64,000 nucleotides of DNA, from NCBI RefSeq assembly GCF_009914755.1, contig NC_060932.1; one strand, 5' to 3'. Below the pieces are notes generated by a model. It had not been told where the DNA came from, ran no database searches, and saw only the letters and a program-made list of their open reading frames with translations. The stretch comes from the human T2T-CHM13v2.0 reference genome, Homo sapiens. Position numbers and translations under genes: made by a program. Positions 43,732 to 59,700 of this stretch are shown in pieces (the first letter of the stretch is position 1; each line of letters starts with the position of its first letter).

Positions 43732-44808
43732 ACTTGATCTGCTTTCCCTCACCTTAAAGTAAGGGTGGTCCTGGCAACTGCCTCTGTAAGTGATTTCTAA
43801 AGATTAAATGAGAGAATATGGATGTGAAAAATTTATGCAACAGCTGGAACATAATAAAGCACTAATAAATGGCAGCTATTACTGTAATCTGAGAATCTGA
43901 ACAGAAATGATACACGCACACACAAAGGAAAAGATAAGCATCCACTGTTTAAATAAACACAGCTTTTCCTTGGGAAGACTATGTGCCATTTCATTATTTT
44001 AGTGCCCTGAGCTGTGTTTGGATTCAAGCATGTCAGTTACCCAAAAAAGACTTGAAAAAACAACCACATTTTTATTCAAGCATGTGAGCTTTCTCACACC
44101 TTTCTCCTGTGTCCCTAATTTGTTCATATCCAGACAATTCACCTGGACCTCAGTCTCTCCTATTTCTCATTTCTCTCACATGAAGGCATATGTCTTATTG
44201 GTTATAAAGTTAATGGGTGAATGTGGAGAAAGAGGTGTTCTAAGGAAGAATTTCAATCTATACATATTTCTCAGACCTCTTTGCTAGTGACTATATAGCA
44301 TTCTGCCCCCTCCAAAAAAATAAAGTTTCCACAAAAAGTTAATTTTATTCAATTTAAAAATTATTTTAAGAAAACTGACATCCATTTTCCAAGATTAGAT
44401 GAGATATCCTCAAGTGTCCCCAAATTAAGTTTGTGAAATCCCTTACCAAAAATGAAACAGAGTTCTTTTCCTCTCTGAGTCCCAGTCTTAACAACCAAAA
44501 AAGTATATATACTAAGGAAGGAAAAAAAAACTAACTAGTTCTAGCAAACTATCACAAAAGTAGAGAAAACTTTATTAAAAGTCATTATACATTATCATTT
44601 CATAAAATTTAATATAAATTTACATAAAATTTTAAAATAAATGAAATAATAAAAAGTATGATTATTTTATATCTTTTATAGTAACAAACATACAGAGTGT
44701 TACACTAAAGATGGTATACATAAAATTTTCAGCTGTAATTTCCTTGGAATTTTGGAGTGACAGTATTAAAATCACAATTTAAAAAATAATTATAATCATA
44801 AAAACCTT

Positions 44809-45124
<316 letters not shown>

Positions 45125-46060
45125 TTATGCCAAAGTTTCTAAATTCTTTATCAGATAGTGCTTATTTGGTTTATCTTACTATCCATGATAACAGGAGTCA
45201 GGGGAACAGCATAGATGTATGGATAGACAGACAAAACAAAACTCAGAAAAGCCCATGGTAAATAATGCACCTTCGCTACCTGCTCTTAAAAATCCTTGAT
45301 AAGTAGCTAAAATGAACCAATATGCACTCGCTTACACAAAAATTCAATAGTAGCGATATGGGCAGAAGACAGGCAGCAGGAAAGAAAAAGCCAAAATTTA
45401 GTCACTCTGAATAAACAAGCTGTAACTGACAGTTGGCTGTATTCATGTTTTGTGAATGAGTAAACCAATGTGACTTCTGCAAGTTCTCACAGAAAGGTAG
45501 GTGTGAAAAAGTCAATTCCAGACTTGGAGGTGCATCTATGGTAAAAAATGAGTGAAGAAGACCAAGAGGGTATAAGTCTGTTGTGTCTCAATCAGTCTAT
45601 CCAAGAGATGGCAAAAAGAGCACAGAGCACCATGAAGAGGTGGGCTGAGCAACCACTAAACTCATGTTCCATTGCGGGACTCTATTCTACTTCACATCTC
45701 CATGCCTGCAATATGCAGAAGCATGGATAAACCTAATGAGTTTTGGAATAAATATTATTACTGTCATTCTCATCACCACTACTGCCTTTCACCAACCACT
45801 TATTGAGGACCAACATGTATGGTTTTCCATTATTTCATTTAATCCTCAAGAGAATCAGGTGAGAAAATTCAGGCACAAAAAGCAAGTAAAAGGAGGGAAG
45901 ATGAGAAAATCATACCTAGTTTTGTTTGACTGCAAAGTCCAACTTCTTAACCACTATATTACCCTCCACCTGGAAACCATGTTGATTCAAGCAAGGATAC
46001 TCAGGAGTCAATTAATTCCACTATGAGGAAGCTATGCACAAGTAACAGAAAGTAATAAAA

Positions 46061-46196
46061 TAGACCAGGTGCAGGGGCCTAAGCCTGTAATCCTAGCACT
46101 TTGGGTGGCCAAGGTGGGAGGATTGCTTGAAGCCAAGAGTTCGAGACCAGCCTGGGCAATATAGTGAGACACTGGCTCTACAAAAAAAAAAAAAAA
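46061..46196 (+). mobile_element. FLAM/AluJ left monomer
   Basis: Monomer plus poly-A. Confidence 0.85.
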
Positions 46197-47487
46197 GATA
46201 TCGATATATATATTATACATATATTTTATTTTCCATATGGAAAATAAAAGTATAGAACACAAATAGGAAGGATATAAAAGTTAATTACCAAGTGGGAATT
46301 TATGCACCGCCAAAATAAACCATAATATAATTGCAATGGAATTTCAAAGCTTCGATAATGAGATTAAGGATAACACCCATTTAGTATTTTCCATTTTCTC
46401 AAAATTGTCTATCCATCACATAAATGTACAATTTTTTCCACTTTAGTTTATATCTCAGGACTCAATTCCTCACCCAAACTACCATGATACATTCCCAACT
46501 GTAGGCAAGATGGATCCTACTATTGTAAGAGTCTCCAATTCAACCTATCAGTGAGATTATTCTTTCTGCAAAACGAGTTCTTCCTGCTTTCTTATTTCCA
46601 CTGAGGCAAGACCACTCTGCCAATTACGCAGGCTCAAAATTCAAACAGTACCCTTGATTCCACTCTCACCTTTTCTCCCAAATAATGACACTCATTCAAT
46701 GAATTTCAATCATGGACTTCAACTCAATGCTTTCAAAATCCTCTCATGTTGATTTGGAACCTGCGCTACCTCTTGTAATTTCTCCCTAATCAGTCTCCAC
46801 TTTTCTGCCTCTCAATCCTTCAATCTCCTTCTATATCCCCTACTACACTTAAGTTCCTTAAGTGCCAGGACTGTGTCTTCCTCTCTTTAAAACCCCTGCT
46901 ACGCTTAGTAGAAAGTCGTTCCCAGAATCAGTACTCAAATATTTTTATATTGAATTGAATCCTGTTTATTGTGCAGCCACTAAAACTCAAAAGTTATACT
47001 TTGAGAGGATACCTATATAGCCACTTAAGTTCAGTAGATTTTATTTTTTTCAGGTACTTTTAGACGGTGCAGCAACTTCATGGAGGTCAGAAAATTTAAG
47101 TGGGTCCAAGGAAATTACTCAAATAATTTAAACTGAACATGCCTGTATTACATAGGAAGCCTACCCCATGGCCTGTGCTCTCCTAAAGAACACAGATATT
47201 TCACCCCTACCTGCCGACTCATGTATCATTTCAGACTGTCACCACCTTGAAAGAAAAGAATGATTTGTATCACACATTTGACTTTTAATATGTTCATGGA
47301 TACTAGTGTAACTTGTACCAGCTTAACTCACTGCAGGGGAATGAGGAAAGCTGACAAGACAAGTCTTCGGTATGTGTGCTGCTTACTAAGAGAAATGTGG
47401 AAGCAGATTCTAGATCACGGTTTATAATAAGACTCTCAAATAATGCCCCTTAGTATGAACACATGATTAATACAAAGATTAAAAAAA

Positions 47488-47777
47488 ATTTAAGACAAAA
47501 TCTCACTATGTCACCCAGGCTACATAGAGCGCAGTGGCACAATCATAGCTTACTGCAACGTCCATCTCCCAGGATCCAGTGATCCTCCCACCTCAGCCTC
47601 CCAAGTAACTGGCACTACAGGCCTGTACCACCATGTCCCACCAATTTCTTTATTTTTAGTAGAGACAGGGTTTCACCATTTTGGCCAGGCTGGTCTCAAA
47701 CTTCTAGGCTCAAGCAATCCGCCTGCCTCAGCCTCCCAAAGTGCTGGAACTACAGGTGTGAGCCACAGTGCCTGGCC
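47488..47777 (-). mobile_element. AluJ
   Basis: Reverse-complement dimer. Confidence 0.9.
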
Positions 47778-48199
47778 AAGATTTTTAATATTACTGCAGC
47801 CTGACTGTTAGTTTACCTTCAGCAAATGCCTGTTTTGGGTATCTTATATCTAAAATGAGTTTAAAAGCACTAAAACATAGCAGTCAAAACCAAGAAAGAC
47901 TTAACATGCAGCCTTGACTAGCACTACATAGAACAGTGTTTAGGTTAAAGAATGCAGCTGCCATACAACAACAAATAAAACAGAAAACACAAATTGGATT
48001 GGATGACAGTAAATATCTGGAGGCATGGAATAATAAATGACGGGAGTAACCATGAGGCCCAGTGAGGTCTTCAGAATGATATGATGTTTAAGCATCTGAT
48101 TTTATGACATTATGCAGGGAAGAATAAGAATATACTCAACCAAGCGCTGGGCAGCGGGTATGTGGGATGGATGTTAAATGGATTGGACAGGGAAGTCCT

Positions 48200-48765
48200 G
48201 ACAATGGCCTTCAAGAACCCTCCATGAGCTATCTGCCCCTCACGCTCCCTGCTACTCTCTGGTCTCATCTCCAGGTGTTCTTTCATCCTCATACCAGTCT
48301 AACCTGGCCACGTTGTCTTTCTTCCCATTCCTCAAACAATCCACACCACACTCTACCCTCTGCCTGGAAGGTGCTTCTCCCATATATCTCTACATGGCCG
48401 CTTCCCTCATCTCCCTCAAATCTCTGCTCAAAAGTCCCTTCTCAAAGAGGTGCATTTCAATTACCCAAATTTAAACTGTAACCTGACCCCTGCTCCAACA
48501 GCCCTACAGACCCTCCTTATCCTGATTTTCCATAATTATCACCATCCAACAAACCACAGAACTCACTTATATTTTATGTTTATCATTTATTGTCTGCTCC
48601 TGTTCACTCCCACACCCCACCCACCTCACATACACTAGAATGTAAGTTCTATGAGGGCAAAAAATGTTGCCTGTTTTATTCACTGATTCATCCCAGTAAC
48701 TAGAAAAAAGTATAGCATGTATTAAGAGTTCAATAAATACTTGCTGCATGACTGATTAAATGAAT
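48200..48765 (+). mobile_element. L2 3' fragment
   Basis: 'ctagaatgtaagttctatgagggc...gttttattcactg...tcaataaatacttgctgcatga' is an L2 terminus. Confidence 0.8.
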
Positions 48766-49510
48766 ATATGACTTACAGACCTATCATAACTGAGCTACAG
48801 GGTATTTTTATGAAACATGCATCATCCATATTATGTGTAAAACACTGTACTAGGCACTATGGATTTAAAAAAAAAAAAAAGATACAAAGGAAGAAAAGAC
48901 AAGAGTCCTTAACCTCAAACAATTTGCTCCAAAATTGCCTCTTAGGTTATTTTAGGACACCACACCCACTTAATCTTATCTACCCACTTCCTCCAACATC
49001 TGCTACAGACCTTTGTAAACTGCACAAGTTTACAATGGAAAGGATGCATGTCAGGGATCTGAGCTTTGAGCAGCTGAGTAGTCCTTTAAGAAAAGTTCTC
49101 ACATAATTTTTTTACAACTCCATTGCACTGCTTATCAAGAAGGACCACATAAAAAGTATAACTTGTGTATGCTCAATATCTGCTGTTATCAAAATGTTGT
49201 CAAACGTTTAGCTCACCAAATGAACTAATTCAAATGATCCATTTTCAATAAACAATTAACTTTAAATGTAAACATTTACAACTGATAGACTGCTTAAATG
49301 AACATTCAATACACTTGTTTTAGACGTTTAAGGACTTCTAGTTTCCTCAAAATATAAATGAGGTGTCAGTAAATAACATATAGGCCCTATTTCCTTTCAA
49401 TTTTATCAAGGAAAAAGTGTGTCAGATCATTATTAAACCCTGTGTATGCAACGTGATTTGACAATGACCAAAGCTTGTTACGGATTTTAATTCCTAAAAA
49501 TATTACAACT

Positions 49511-49645
49511 GGCGGGGTATGGTGGCTCATACCTGTAATCTCAACACTTTGAGAACCCAAGGCAGGAGGACTGCTTGAGCCCAGGAGTTCAAGACCAGCC
49601 TGGACAACACAGTGAGACCCCATCTCTCTTTTTAAAAAATTTTTA
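49511..49645 (+). mobile_element. FLAM_C-type Alu monomer
   Basis: Left-arm-like monomer. Confidence 0.85.
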
Positions 49646-51889
49646 AATATATAGTACAACATCTGTTTTAAAGTTTATTGTGGGAGGAAGAAAGGGAGGG
49701 GTGGGGAAAAGTAAGAAGATAGAAAGACAGACAGAACCATATATTTGACACTCAACCTGGTCTTTGGAGGGTGAGATGATGGTCATTTTACTTAAGTACA
49801 TTGTATCTCGTATATCCTTTAATATCCTAAGAAAGCAAGTTTTGTGAGGGTGACAAAGAGCTCTTTCTATTATTGGAATCTGAAAAACATGTGAGAGAAA
49901 TGGTCAAAATAAAGGCCACATTGGCCAAGTAACTGAAATTGAAAATAATTACAAATTGGGTATTATACAAGATAATGGTCATTGTCCTTAAGAGACAAGA
50001 GAGGAGAAATCTAGCAGTGTAGTTTGCAATATTATAGCGCCTAAGCCAAACAAATTAAAATGAGGAGGTATGGTGGCTACGTCACATGCGACTCTGTATC
50101 ATGCAGGTCTCTTCTGGAGGCCTGTGGCCCAGCACACCTAGCACAGATTAGCAAAATGTACCTATCTCACCTGATCAGCTGGTTTTTCTTTCCCTCTCTT
50201 TCTAGTGGAACACAAATACTACCTAAGTCTCTGTATTTGCGGCATCCTGCAGAAGAGAATGAAAATACATATAAGGTGTGGACAGACAATATCTGTGATG
50301 GCCTACAAAGTTTCACAAAGGCTGTTTCTCAGCAAGGCAACTATCTTTTTCGAATTACCCTCAAACCTCACAAGCCTATCACTCTTCTAAGATGGTGTTA
50401 AGAATTCAATTGGGGCTTACCTAAAGAAAATGATACATCTTAGGATGTAAAGTCAGATGCCTTATTCTGAACTGTGATGCCCACCTCCCAATCTTCTGTG
50501 GCCTTTTTCTGTGGCTTTCCCTCTTTTTCTGACATTCCAGCAAGAATACAGCAGCCATAAATGTGACTTCTCTCACAGAACATGCAGATGTTAACAGCTC
50601 TCTACAGTTCTGCAGGACATCAAAAAACATTTCAAGAATCTCATAAGTGCTGACTAAACTTGCCTGAATTACCCACACTACCTCCTCCACATTCCTTAAG
50701 CATTATTTGTTTTCCTGAATATCTGTAGGCAAAACACAAAACAATCTACCAACTGAGGAGGGGAAGAACCTCTACCCCAAAACAAATACCAAATAACTTA
50801 TCCAACCTATATATTCAAAAAATTATGCCTAACACAATAAGTCGAACTCTATTTAGATATTCAATCCCCAACACTATCTGCTCCTACTCATAATCCCACA
50901 ATCCTTCTACAGAAAGTTTGAGAAGCTAAACATTACCTCATAGACTATGAAAATAGTTGAAGGACTGTTCTTGCTATTAAGTGCATAATTTAGGCAAAAA
51001 CTAAGAAACTCCTTATTTTGTCCATTACGGTATATTTAAAAAATTATCTTTGAAAGGCTTATGTCTAATAACTATGCAACTAATAAGGTTACTATTTTAT
51101 GAATTAAAATTCTGCATTGTAACCTTCATATATATAACCACAATTTTCATTCCAATTAATAAGGCAGTTTGGCTTCTTCAATGTTAAACATGTCTTGAGG
51201 AAAAAAAAAGAAAATATATTTAAAGTAAATGATAGACTGTTATTCGTAAAAGAAATCAAATTCACTGAAATACATTTTTGTTAAGAAGAAGAAATCAGGG
51301 GGAGGAAAATCTAGGTTGTTTCACTGGGCATAGATTTTGCCATATAATTCCTTGAGTATTTTTTCTTAAATAATTCTAGATCAAGAGCAACAAACTACAG
51401 ATGTTAAGTGCTACTATCATGGTAATATTTGAAGTGTTTTATTAAGAAGATAACAGTACCAGAAACAGATTTCCAACTGGACACTGCCAACTGTTTAAAT
51501 GTTCCTTGAAACTATCCCAAAAGTTTTATTATGATCCCTATGTCAGTGATAGATCAGGTACCTATTAAAAACTGAGCACTGTGCTGGGTCTCCTAACAAA
51601 TTATCTCATTTAATTTTCACAATAATGCCATGGCCTTAAGGTATTAATTTTCCCTTTCAACGGATGAGAAACATACGCTAAATAACTGGTTAAATAACTG
51701 CTCAAAATCAAACATAAAGCAAATGGCCAGGCCAGAATCCAACAGACATTTTACTGATCTTAAAACTCATGCTAATTCCAATTAAACATGGTGCGTCAAT
51801 GGATTTAAAGGCTCATCTCATTCTTTCCAGGGTTAGTTAGTGACTACTAAGTGCAAGACACACAACAGCTCAAGTTATCCTTTTAAAGG

Positions 51890-52388
51890 GGGCAATTTAG
51901 ATCATGTCACTTCCTAGCTTAACCCTCTGATGGCTTCCAGACATGCTTAGAATAAATCCCCAACTTCTAGCAATGGACTGGCCCCTGAACTTGGCTCAAG
52001 CTACCCTGACCTTTGAAAATGGCAATCGTTTTCATCTCAAGGCTTTACGGTTGCTATTCCTCTGTCACTAAATCTTCCCATCACTCAGCTCTCAGCAAAA
52101 ATCTCACCTATTTAAAGGTGTCTTCCTTGACAATCTAATCTAAATGAGCTCCCCACCTAGTAAGTCACTCTCCAGCCTTTTTTTTTATTGTACTTATCCC
52201 TATCTGAAATCATCTTTTTCATTTTTCTGTTTCTTTGTTTACTGTCTGTCTCCTCCCAGTTCCAATACAAATGCCTGGAGAGGAGGGACTCACCAGTCTT
52301 GCTCACTATTGATTCCTCAGCATCTATAACAGTGTCAGACCCATAGTGTGAGCTCAATAAATAAATATTTGTTAAATGGATGACTGAA
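51890..52388 (+). mobile_element. L2 3' fragment
   Basis: Runs from 'gatcatgtcacttcctagctt' to 'ctcaataaataaatatttgttaaatggatgactgaa'. Confidence 0.75.
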
Positions 52389-52636
52389 CTCTAGGTGCCA
52401 TGGAGACACAAACATAATTAGGTACCAGCCCAACCCTCGAAAAGTGTTCAATCTATAGGAGGACAACCATACAAATGATTCCACAAGGCAAAATGTTTTA
52501 AGTGCCGTACGTGAAATAACAAAGTAGTACATGGTTTCAAATAAGAAAAAAAATTTAAAAATTATATACCAACATAATATTAAAAACTACTTAATTTCAT
52601 CACAAAAAAGAGAGGAAGATAAATTAATGGAGAGAA

Positions 52637-52757
52637 TACATACACATACATTCTCTCTTGCACATGCTCTCTCTCTCTCACATACACACACTCTCTCTCT
52701 CACACACACACACACACTCTCTCTCTCTCTCTCTCTCACTCTCTCTCTCTCTCTCTC
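52637..52757. repeat. Interleaved (CT)n/(CA)n microsatellite
   Basis: Seen directly. Confidence 0.95.
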
Positions 52758-53749
52758 AAGTTATTCCTCAGAGCGGAAATGCTCAGTTCAGACGCGGCTT
52801 GGAAGATATAAACATCATTGAAATTCAAAAGCAGTTCTGAAAGAGAGGATGCCTCAATTGGTATGCAAGGGATGTTTCCTCCCCCTGAATACATTATGAA
52901 CTTGCAGCATGCTAATATGCCATGCTATCATAAGCACCAGATGGGGCAGTAGGCAGTACATGTCCCATCAAACCTCAAGAAGATGTATTAATGTTCATGC
53001 TCTTTAAAAAAAAAAAAAAATCCTTTGCCTGTGTCCCTAGACTTCCACATTTCTTAGCATTCAGTCACTTTCTCTCAAAGCACAGTCCTCCAGGGCTGCT
53101 CCTCTTCACCAGATGGTGCCAGGAATCATTTCAATCTATTTTATCACAGGAGGCAGAGGCCACAAAGCGTGTCAGACTACACTTACTGAAGGCCTACCAA
53201 GCACAAAAGAGAACAACAGAAGATATGGGAGACATCAGAAATAAATCTTCTCAAGGCATTACCAATGAAACATTTTTTAATTACATTGAATGCTTATTTA
53301 TGTTGAACAGAGAAAAATAAAAGAAAATCTTTGTATATCCAAACTTCCAAGACTAACTGATATTACTGTGAAATTGAAGTCTACCTAAATATTCTACTCA
53401 TTTGTTTACAAGTAACTATCAGAACAAACCAACAAACCAGAATTCAAGTCGAAAAGCACCCTCCCTTGATTCTCAGTCAACTTAGCTGTGTGGGCATCTG
53501 AATACACTGTCAGAAACCAAGGCATAATTAAACAAATACATAATTTGTAATCTCTCAAGTATTTTTAAAAATACATCATTTAAAATAAATCATATTTCTC
53601 TACACAAGTCCACAAAAATAAAAAGAAAAAATAAGATTAAATGAACAATATTGATTTCCATACTTTTAGGACCTAACCTGGCTTATTTATGACCAAAAAG
53701 GGGCATTATCTATAGAATATAAAAGGACACAAAAAATATAATTTACAAA

Positions 53750-53935
53750 AGTGGTTCTCCACTTGAATATGCTTAAGAATCCTCTGAGGGCTTGTTCAAA
53801 CACACGTTACTGGGTCTACCCACAGAGTTTCTGACTCAGTAGGCTTGGGAGGGGGCAGAGAATTTGTATTTCCAACAAATTCTCTGGTGAGGCAGACACT
53901 GTTGGTCCCCTTGACCCCATGTTGAGAACGTGGCT
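53750..53935. mobile_element. MER5A (hAT-Charlie) MITE
   Basis: 'agtggttctc...agagtttctgactcagtagg...agaatttgtatttccaacaaattctctggtga...ttgagaac', with imperfect terminal inverted repeats. Confidence 0.8.
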
Positions 53936-55832
53936 ACACCATCCTGTACCATGCTTCCAAAGTGCTTGACTGACCCTGTGAGAGTCTTTAATCTGTTTAG
54001 AAAATCAGCAACATTCTTGTATTAGGAAACTCAACAGATGAGCTAAACTGACCTTCCAAGAATTTTTATAATGCATGAATTAAGAGAAATGCTTACAAAG
54101 TATCTGCCGAATTAGCAAAGATTATTCTTTTAAGAGATACTGAAACTCAAAAGTCTTACCCTATTCCTTTCAAATGATCCAATGCAAATGTTGAAAAAAT
54201 GATAAAAGGGCAGAAACATTCAAAGAGAGCAGCAATTAAAATCATTCAAATTTTTAAAGAAAATATATATTATATATAGAATGAATTATTCTAGCAATCG
54301 CTCTAGAGTCTTTAAGATAAATTTTACCTGTCTATCAAATTGTTACTTACCTAGGATTATTGATATAAGAAACTATTGGCTAAATTTATCATGTAAAAGA
54401 TAAAAATATTTCATTAATACTTCTCTTTGCTAAAATCTTACCCAGTATGCCTGATGGGAGACTGAAACATTATACCCATCCTCCACTAGGTGACAAGAAT
54501 GAAAAATGGCCAAACTACATGAAAATGCCCAGGTGGAGGGAGAGTCCATTTCCAAAATATCACACACACTGTCAAAAGCCCTTTGTTTCTAATTTTAGTA
54601 ATTATGCCAGAAAGTTTTAAGTGTTGTATGTTGCATTATACTTTCAGTAAGTATAATCAGGATAAATTACATTGAATTTTAACATGCAGCTAGCCACCAA
54701 TAAAGTTGTGGGCCACAAAATATATGTATTTTCCTTAACTCTGAAAGAAAATTCTCATTCGTAAAGACCACTTACTGAAAATTTTTATAAGATTCATTTC
54801 TTAATTTTTCCCCTTGTTAATTAACATGCTTTGTGTATTATTTCTTTCTTTTGAAATCTCTGTGAGTCCCAGTCTACCTCTCATCCACTCACTTATTCAT
54901 TAAGCAAATATTTGCTGATTGCATACTCTATGCCAGGCTCACAGGTAGCCTGGAATGGAATTATTAGAACTAGAAAATCAAGATCTGAACATAAATGGCA
55001 GCTTTATCAAGGGGAGTTGATGATGTTTAAAATGTCTATTTTAAACAGTGAAGAAAAGAAGCTGTATCTTGGGATAACACAGAAGTGGAGTAAAAGGTTA
55101 TACAGAATTCAGCTCTCCAGCAAAACCACCTACAAAGAAACATGAAAATCAGTAGGGGTGGGGTGGGGAAGAAGTGGGGGACAGACTCAGTGATGTAAAT
55201 TGATGCCACAAATTAAAAGTGCCACTTATTAGTACCTGGAAAAAAAAAAAAAAAGACAGGCTTTTCAGGCTCTCACTTAAGCATGTGTTTTATTATGTGA
55301 TCACCATTCTAAGTTTGGTTATCTGGTTTCCACATTTGCAAATAACTGGGATGTGTAAAAGGGTGGCACACTGATAGAGAAGGGGTAAACCGCTGACATA
55401 AAGATGAGGCAGAAAATCCTATCAAGCATAGGCAAAACTCAGAAAATTTCATCTAACCTAGACAATGTGCATCAAGCATAACACTTGGCACTGTTTTGTG
55501 GGGGGTTAAACACTGTCTCCTATTTTTTAACTCCAGACAGCATCGCTGTCTATAAAGAGGTTTAATAACCTCTTTATACAGGTACACAGCATATCTACAA
55601 TCACTATTGCCATCCTGTGAAAGTTAGCAAGGCAGAATAACTGTTTCTACTTTTAAGACAAAGAGAGTGAAACTCTGGCAGACTGTAAATGGAAGAGCAC
55701 TGATTCACAATCAGGCATTGACATTCTCGATGCTCTGTGTTTTTGATAGATGGCCTCATAAAATATAATATATTAATTGCTCATAATATAAACCCAAGTC
55801 ACAAAGCTAAAGATAAAATACATTCAGCACAG

Positions 55833-56155
<323 letters not shown>

Positions 56156-56551
56156 TCAGCACAAACTGATCAGCTTGTGATTAGTAAGTACAACAATTTT
56201 AAACAGTGAATGAAAGTAACTATGGCTTAAAGAGATAATCTTGCTCTTGAGAAACACTACAAAATGATTCAATTCTCCAAGATGTTTTGGGAAAAAGTTT
56301 ATTAACTTCACAATGACATGGTACCAAATGTTTTACACTCAGAAAATATGATCAAAATATAGATAAAGATAAAAAACCAAATGGAAACACACTCCTCTAT
56401 GTAGTAAGTAGTTAAACAATGTCAACAACAGGTAACTCTTCCTTTTAAAGATGTTCTTTAGAAAGATTCCTAAATTGTACAAAATAGAAAACATTTTGAA
56501 AACCTAGTCATGCCTAGGCTTACCAACTTTGGGAGGCACTTCGCGTTTGTA

Positions 56552-56719
56552 TTAATTTATTAATTTTTTTTTGAGACAGGGTTTCACTGTGTTGCTCAGG
56601 CTGGAGTGTCATGGGGCGATCATAGCTCACTGCAAACTTGAACTTCTGGATGCAAGCGATCCTCTTGCCTCAGCCTCCAGAGCGGCTAGGACTACAAGCA
56701 CGTGCCACCACGCCTGGCT
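56552..56719 (-). mobile_element. FAM/FRAM-type Alu monomer
   Basis: Poly-T followed by 'gagacagggtttcactgtgttgctcaggctggagtg...gccaccacgcctggct'. Confidence 0.85.
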
Positions 56720-59700
56720 TCCACTTTATGTTTAGCAAGCAAACACTGGTATATAAAGAATGCCTGGATAACTAAAAAGTTGGGTTTTGCCTCTGACTTC
56801 TATCATTTTCTATATTTTCTAAATCAACTATGTATTTGGAATATTCTAGGAAGTTAGAAGAAAATAAATATTGAATAGAAAGTTTAACAAGTGTTTTCTA
56901 TAGACAAAAATATTTGTTTTGATTTCCTCTACGTATTTTGTCTGTAGGCTATACAAATATAATGCTAAAGCAAAAAGAAAGAAAATAAATGTTAACAGGC
57001 CTTTCAAATGAAGTGTTACTGTAACTGCTAAGTATATAGGTTCAGATACAACCATAACAACTAAGAAACAATGTCCATTTCACAGGGAAAATGTCAGGAT
57101 CACAGCCTTTCTTCCTTCCAGTCTTATCCTCATTAGGACATATTTAAATTTCAAATGCAGGAGTATATAAATTGTTACCTCAGGACCCTCAAATTTTACT
57201 ATGTATTTTCCTCCTAATAACCTGAGAATCATTAAAGCAAACAAGTCCTGAGGAAGGTGGTGAAGTTAAATGAGGGAAAGTTCAAACGTAAAATAACGAG
57301 ACTCTCAAAAGCACAGCAATTGTCTTTTTTAAAGTTAGCACCCCCATCAAAATCATCCCAGATTGTGAAAAATGCTCAGTTTACTTTGTCAAACTCTTTA
57401 AGACTCTTGTTAAAGTCATAAACACATGATAAAGACACCCTCCTACATCCCTTCTTCCTAAAAAGCATTTCACCTAGCTGATTATATAGCTCTTAAAGTG
57501 AAACTCTTCCCAGTATCATGTTCTCATAGGTACTTTTAAAATTATTTTCTTCCATGAGTGTCAAGTACTCTGTATAATGTTAATAAACCACATAAAATTA
57601 AAAGAATCCCTCTAATAAAGTGAGCCAGACTACACTTATCACTTAGCCTTTAAAAGCGAAATGTGGAAAACAAAATCAAGCCTTCTAGAGAAAGCATCCC
57701 ACAATTTTAAAAATCAACTGCTTTTTTTTTTTTCTTTGCAGGAGGTGGGGGATGGCAAAAAAAGATATCTGCTTTCTTAAGAATGTACTCATCTACTGGA
57801 AACACTGTGCCTGCTTGTCTAGGAGCTCCTGGGGGCAGAGCCATGGATACCCACCAGTCTCACCACCAAAAAACGTGCTTTTTTTTAGCTACACAATTTT
57901 TAACAATTTTGTCTGCCAAGGTGTTGAATATATTATTTGCTTTCTAATTTTCTACTAATCCAAAACACAGAAAACCATCCATCTGACCTTCCGATTAACA
58001 AAAGATAGCCAGGATGACCACATTCCAAAAGCCAAGAAAGGTGATATTTCAGTTAACCTGTATAGCTCTGTCAGGGAGTAAATTTATGATTTCTTTTTTG
58101 TTCCTGTATCTTAATGTGCCCTATGATTTCTATTAGGCTTTTCAAAATAATAACATTAAGTCTCCTGATGCCTATTAATTCCATTGTTCTCTTTCAAGAG
58201 GAATAGTAATACACAGAGAAATAACCAGCATGCTAACCTGTTTTATCCAAGATCATTCTTGATGATGAAGGCTAATGCTTTTTCTGTTTTTATTTTTCAG
58301 CAAAAAGAACTCTACCTTCTATGCTACTATAATTCAGATTCAAACATTCCCCTTTAAATGTTCCATCTAGCCTTCATTACAAAAGATCCTGCCATCAAGC
58401 CACAACATACCCAACCCCTCTCAAAAATAAAATAAGGAAACAAAAAGAGAATTCAAAGTCCAGGGAATCCCATCTCTACCATTTAACTTTACCTATGTCC
58501 TTGGGCAAACTGCTTAATTTATCTGATCTTCAGGCTTCAAATAGATCACATGGTAACAGAAACAATTTGCAAAGCTGTAGTGAAAATCAGAAAGTATACA
58601 CAGTGCCTAGCCCACAGCCTGGCATATATAGGCTTTCAATAAAAGGCTGCTCTTAGTATACTATCAGAGATTTATTCCGTTCAGAGACAGCAGTTATATA
58701 TTCCCTTTGAGATTAAGAGGATTTTCTGATTCCTTTGATTGGAACTCTATGGGTTGAAAAATATAATTAAGCTAGACCTTCTCAGAAAGTACATTTACAT
58801 TAATATTAATTAATGCAAACAGCTGTTTGAGAAAGCCAGCACGATAAACCTGTTTCTTGGTCAGGTGTGAAATCCTATTGTTCTCAAGTTATGAGTCATT
58901 TAAGTTAATGATTTATTCCTCTAGATATGGTTAGCTATCAAAGAACTGCAACTGTACACAAAGAAATAGCTTTCAAGAAATACTACACCCACTGCCACAC
59001 ACAGAAATTAAAATCTAATAAAAACCAAAATGAATGCCCTATCCTTAGTATAAGAAGAACAAACCAAAAAATGCTAAGTTACATGAACTGAGATCCAATC
59101 TGCAGCAAGTAGAAGGAGCCAGGCAAGGCATTCCAATAGGCGTTCGTGTAGCCCATTGTGCATCCTTCCCCTATGTCCCTGACTCCTAATCCAGGTGGGT
59201 ATCTACCCCTCTGGGCTCCTGCATGATCTACTATGTTCAGGCCCTGTTTACTTCTCTGCTGGGAACACTAGAACTCCAAACTTTTGGAGGGCATGGAGGG
59301 ACTGAATCATGGTTATCTGGTATCTGGCACATTTTGAGCAACCTACAAATGTCTACTACCCAACTTTCCTCATTACAGTAACTTTCTGTTGTCGTAGCCT
59401 TACATTTTTGGTTCTGCTTAATACTCTCTTAATTAACTATATATAGGTTCCCTAATTCCCAAACAATTATAAAATAAATTTAATAGGCACACTTTTGCCA
59501 TAGGCCAAGTGATTATTGTCACAGAATTTTCTCCCAGGTAGCTCTGCAATCCTAGAGTGGGAGGGGAGAAAGCATACGATGAGAGCGATCCAGGACTGAA
59601 GATAAAAGACAACAAAGTAAGACTGACACTAATATGCTAACATGATTTAATGTACATTTGAGATTTACAAACAGCACAGTTAAGAAAATGTCCTCAAAAG

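Noticed and set aside
54320-54400. TAG|GTAAGT on the minus strand (54351/54350), resembling a recursive splice site
   Set aside because: The upstream pyrimidine tract is weak, and such motifs are expected by chance in 45 kb. It would need saw-tooth RNA-seq evidence.
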